This document shows, in pieces, positions 62,209-64,000 of a DNA stretch of 64,000 nt. Both the position numbers and the translations under genes were made by a program. Source of the stretch: Vicugna vicugna (lineage: Eukaryota); NCBI GenBank assembly GCA_013265495.1, contig MU057887.1, positions 2,451,576 to 2,515,575 of the forward strand. Direction: 5' to 3'. How positions within the stretch are numbered: position 1 is the first letter of the stretch; every line of letters starts with the position of its first letter. The notes beneath the pieces are model-generated. The model was not told the DNA's origin and did no database searches. It worked only from the letters and a program-made list of their open reading frames with translations.

Positions 62209-64000
62209 TCCCAGCCCCTGCCTGAGTGTCTTCACGGCTCATCTCTGCCCTCTGCCACAGCCCTCTCCTCCTGGAGGCTGGAGAATCCTGGTCCTACCGC
62301 CCACAGTCTTATGCCTTGAGCGACTCCGACCTGATTCCCACTCCGTCAGAACACAGGCAAATTCTGATCAAAGCTTCCACCCAGAAAGTCTAGGGCACAG
62401 CGCTGTCTCCACACCTCCTACCCCCAGCCGTCAGGAGCCTCGGACGTCCAGCCCATCCAGCAACCGGCAAGTCCCCTTTGGCTCAACATTGTCCTCTTAA
62501 ATTCTCCAAAGTTTGCTCTGCGACCACAGACGTGGGCCTTGTTTTAGAAGACAAAAGAGAAGGTAGAACCTTCCAGAACATGGCCCCAGGCTGTAAGTCT
62601 CAGGCATTGGGGCACGGGGAGGAGCGGGTCAGGCCCTGCAGTATGGCTGGGTTATGTGTGTGGGGTGTGGCTTGGGGTCAAGGGGGCAGCAGGCGGGAGC
62701 AGGGGGGGCCACGCTCAGGGTCTGCAGGTGACGCTGCAGGTGGCAGGGGCTGCGAGGGGCACTGAACGCTCGGCTGTCCCCCTCAGTCCTGACGCCACGG
62801 ACGGAAAGTGCCTGCCATGATGTGTTGTAAATCGCTTTCTGTGTATGTGAACCCCAGACTCTTCCCACGTTCAAAAAGAAATGTAGCAAGAAAAATCAAC
62901 CGAAGTCCGGGATGGGTTAAGGGACGCGCGGCAGCTGAAGGTGTCCTGGTGGGGTGTCTGCCGAAGGCTGGGTCACTTGTGGGGTCTGTGCGGCCCAGTT
63001 GCCACCTGTCTGTCCCAAGAAACCCGGAGAGGATGGGCGAGCCGGCAGAGAGGAGGGCATGCTCTCGGGCCCAGAGACAGGGCAGAGGCGGGCTTTGAGG
63101 GGAACGGTGTTGGGGCAGCGCGCGCCCCCAATGCCAGGCTCGGTGGCGGGCCTTTGATCCCGGAGCCCGGGTGTTTTCCGCGTAGGATCCAGGGAAACCC
63201 ACCCCAGGCCCACTCGGTGACACAGGCGTCTGCAGAGCGCCCCTCCGTCGAGGGCCGGGGTGTCCCGAGTCCTCACTTTCTGTAGAAGATGCAGTTTTGC
63301 TTCCCTTGGAAGCCGGCCTCTGCTTGCAACGCACCGCCGCTCTATCATTTTAAATTAAATTGTTCTTGTTGTGTCTGTATCCCTATGTGGGCTTTAATTC
63401 ACGTGAATCCAACTGTACTGCCCTCGGGAGGTTGCTCACTGCGGTGTCAGAGTTGGATAAATAATAAATAGGACACATCAGGGTCCCATGTGCCCGCCTG
63501 GCAGGGCGGCGCTGCTGGTGTCTCTTCCAGGCGGCACAGCGGCCGGGCCGGGCAGGGGCTGCGACACGCCCGGGCTGGGCTCCCGGCCCGACTTACATCC
63601 GGTTCTGAGCGGACGTCCCTTTGCGGGGAGGCTCCTCAAGGTCAGCGTCCTCCCTGCACATCTGACGTAAGTCACGCCCCGCGCTCCTCGGCCGCCCACG
63701 CCCTGCGGGGCTGCAGCTTCTGGCTCCTGTGGATCTGGGGCTGAAGAGACTGCAGGCAGGCCAGGAGCAGGTGTGACCAGTTCGCTGGAGGACGCTGGGC
63801 TGATGTGACTTGGTGGACGGGGGGAGGTGAGGCTCCCGGCTGCTGTGGGCGAGGCTCCTGGGACCCAGGCGCTGAGCTGGACGCAGACCCTGTGATGCTG
63901 GGGAAGCAACCACCCGGGGCCTTGGTCACCTGGCCTGTCTCACCCACAGGCACATCCCACGGCTGCACCTCGTCTGTCTGGGGACGCGGGACCCAATCCT

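Noticed and set aside
267..63968. Several hundred 60-265 aa ORFs as protein-coding genes
   Set aside because: They overlap in all six frames, are Pro/Gly/Arg/Ala-rich as expected of GC-rich random sequence, and show no recognisable domains except L1 and CR1 remnants. Small spliced exons cannot be excluded by eye.

Overview
Mammalian (eutherian) non-coding genomic DNA. It is GC-rich and isochore/subtelomere-like, with one assembly gap (28860-29114). The young L1 3' UTRs and MER41-like LTRs resemble cetartiodactyl, most likely camelid, families, and I saw no Alu, B1, Bov-A or PRE-1 SINE; the species call is inference from recalled consensus sequences. I find no credible protein-coding gene, tRNA, rRNA or CRISPR array. 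The ORF track is explained by GC-rich random ORFs and transposon remnants. The window is a mosaic of L1 fossils of several ages, solo LTRs (MLT1, MLT2, MER21-like, MER41-like, another ERV1; several with readable target-site duplications), a CR1/L3 reverse-transcriptase relic, L2/MIR pieces, hAT elements and simple repeats. Between them lie repeat-free AT-richer islands dense in homeobox/FOX/TCF/STAT motifs that look like conserved enhancers of a gene desert or large intron. Most notable signals: (1) focal AT->GC rewriting of normally AT-rich transposon fossils into CpG-island-like patches, consistent with GC-biased gene conversion hotspots; (2) a head-to-head pair of MER41-like LTRs around a CpG-rich spacer; (3) a G-rich 33-bp VNTR, which broke the assembly, inside an enhancer-like block; (4) a nested L1/LTR stack with TSDs. 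I see no evidence of a new gene system. Repeat subfamily names are by eye and need RepeatMasker/Dfam confirmation.
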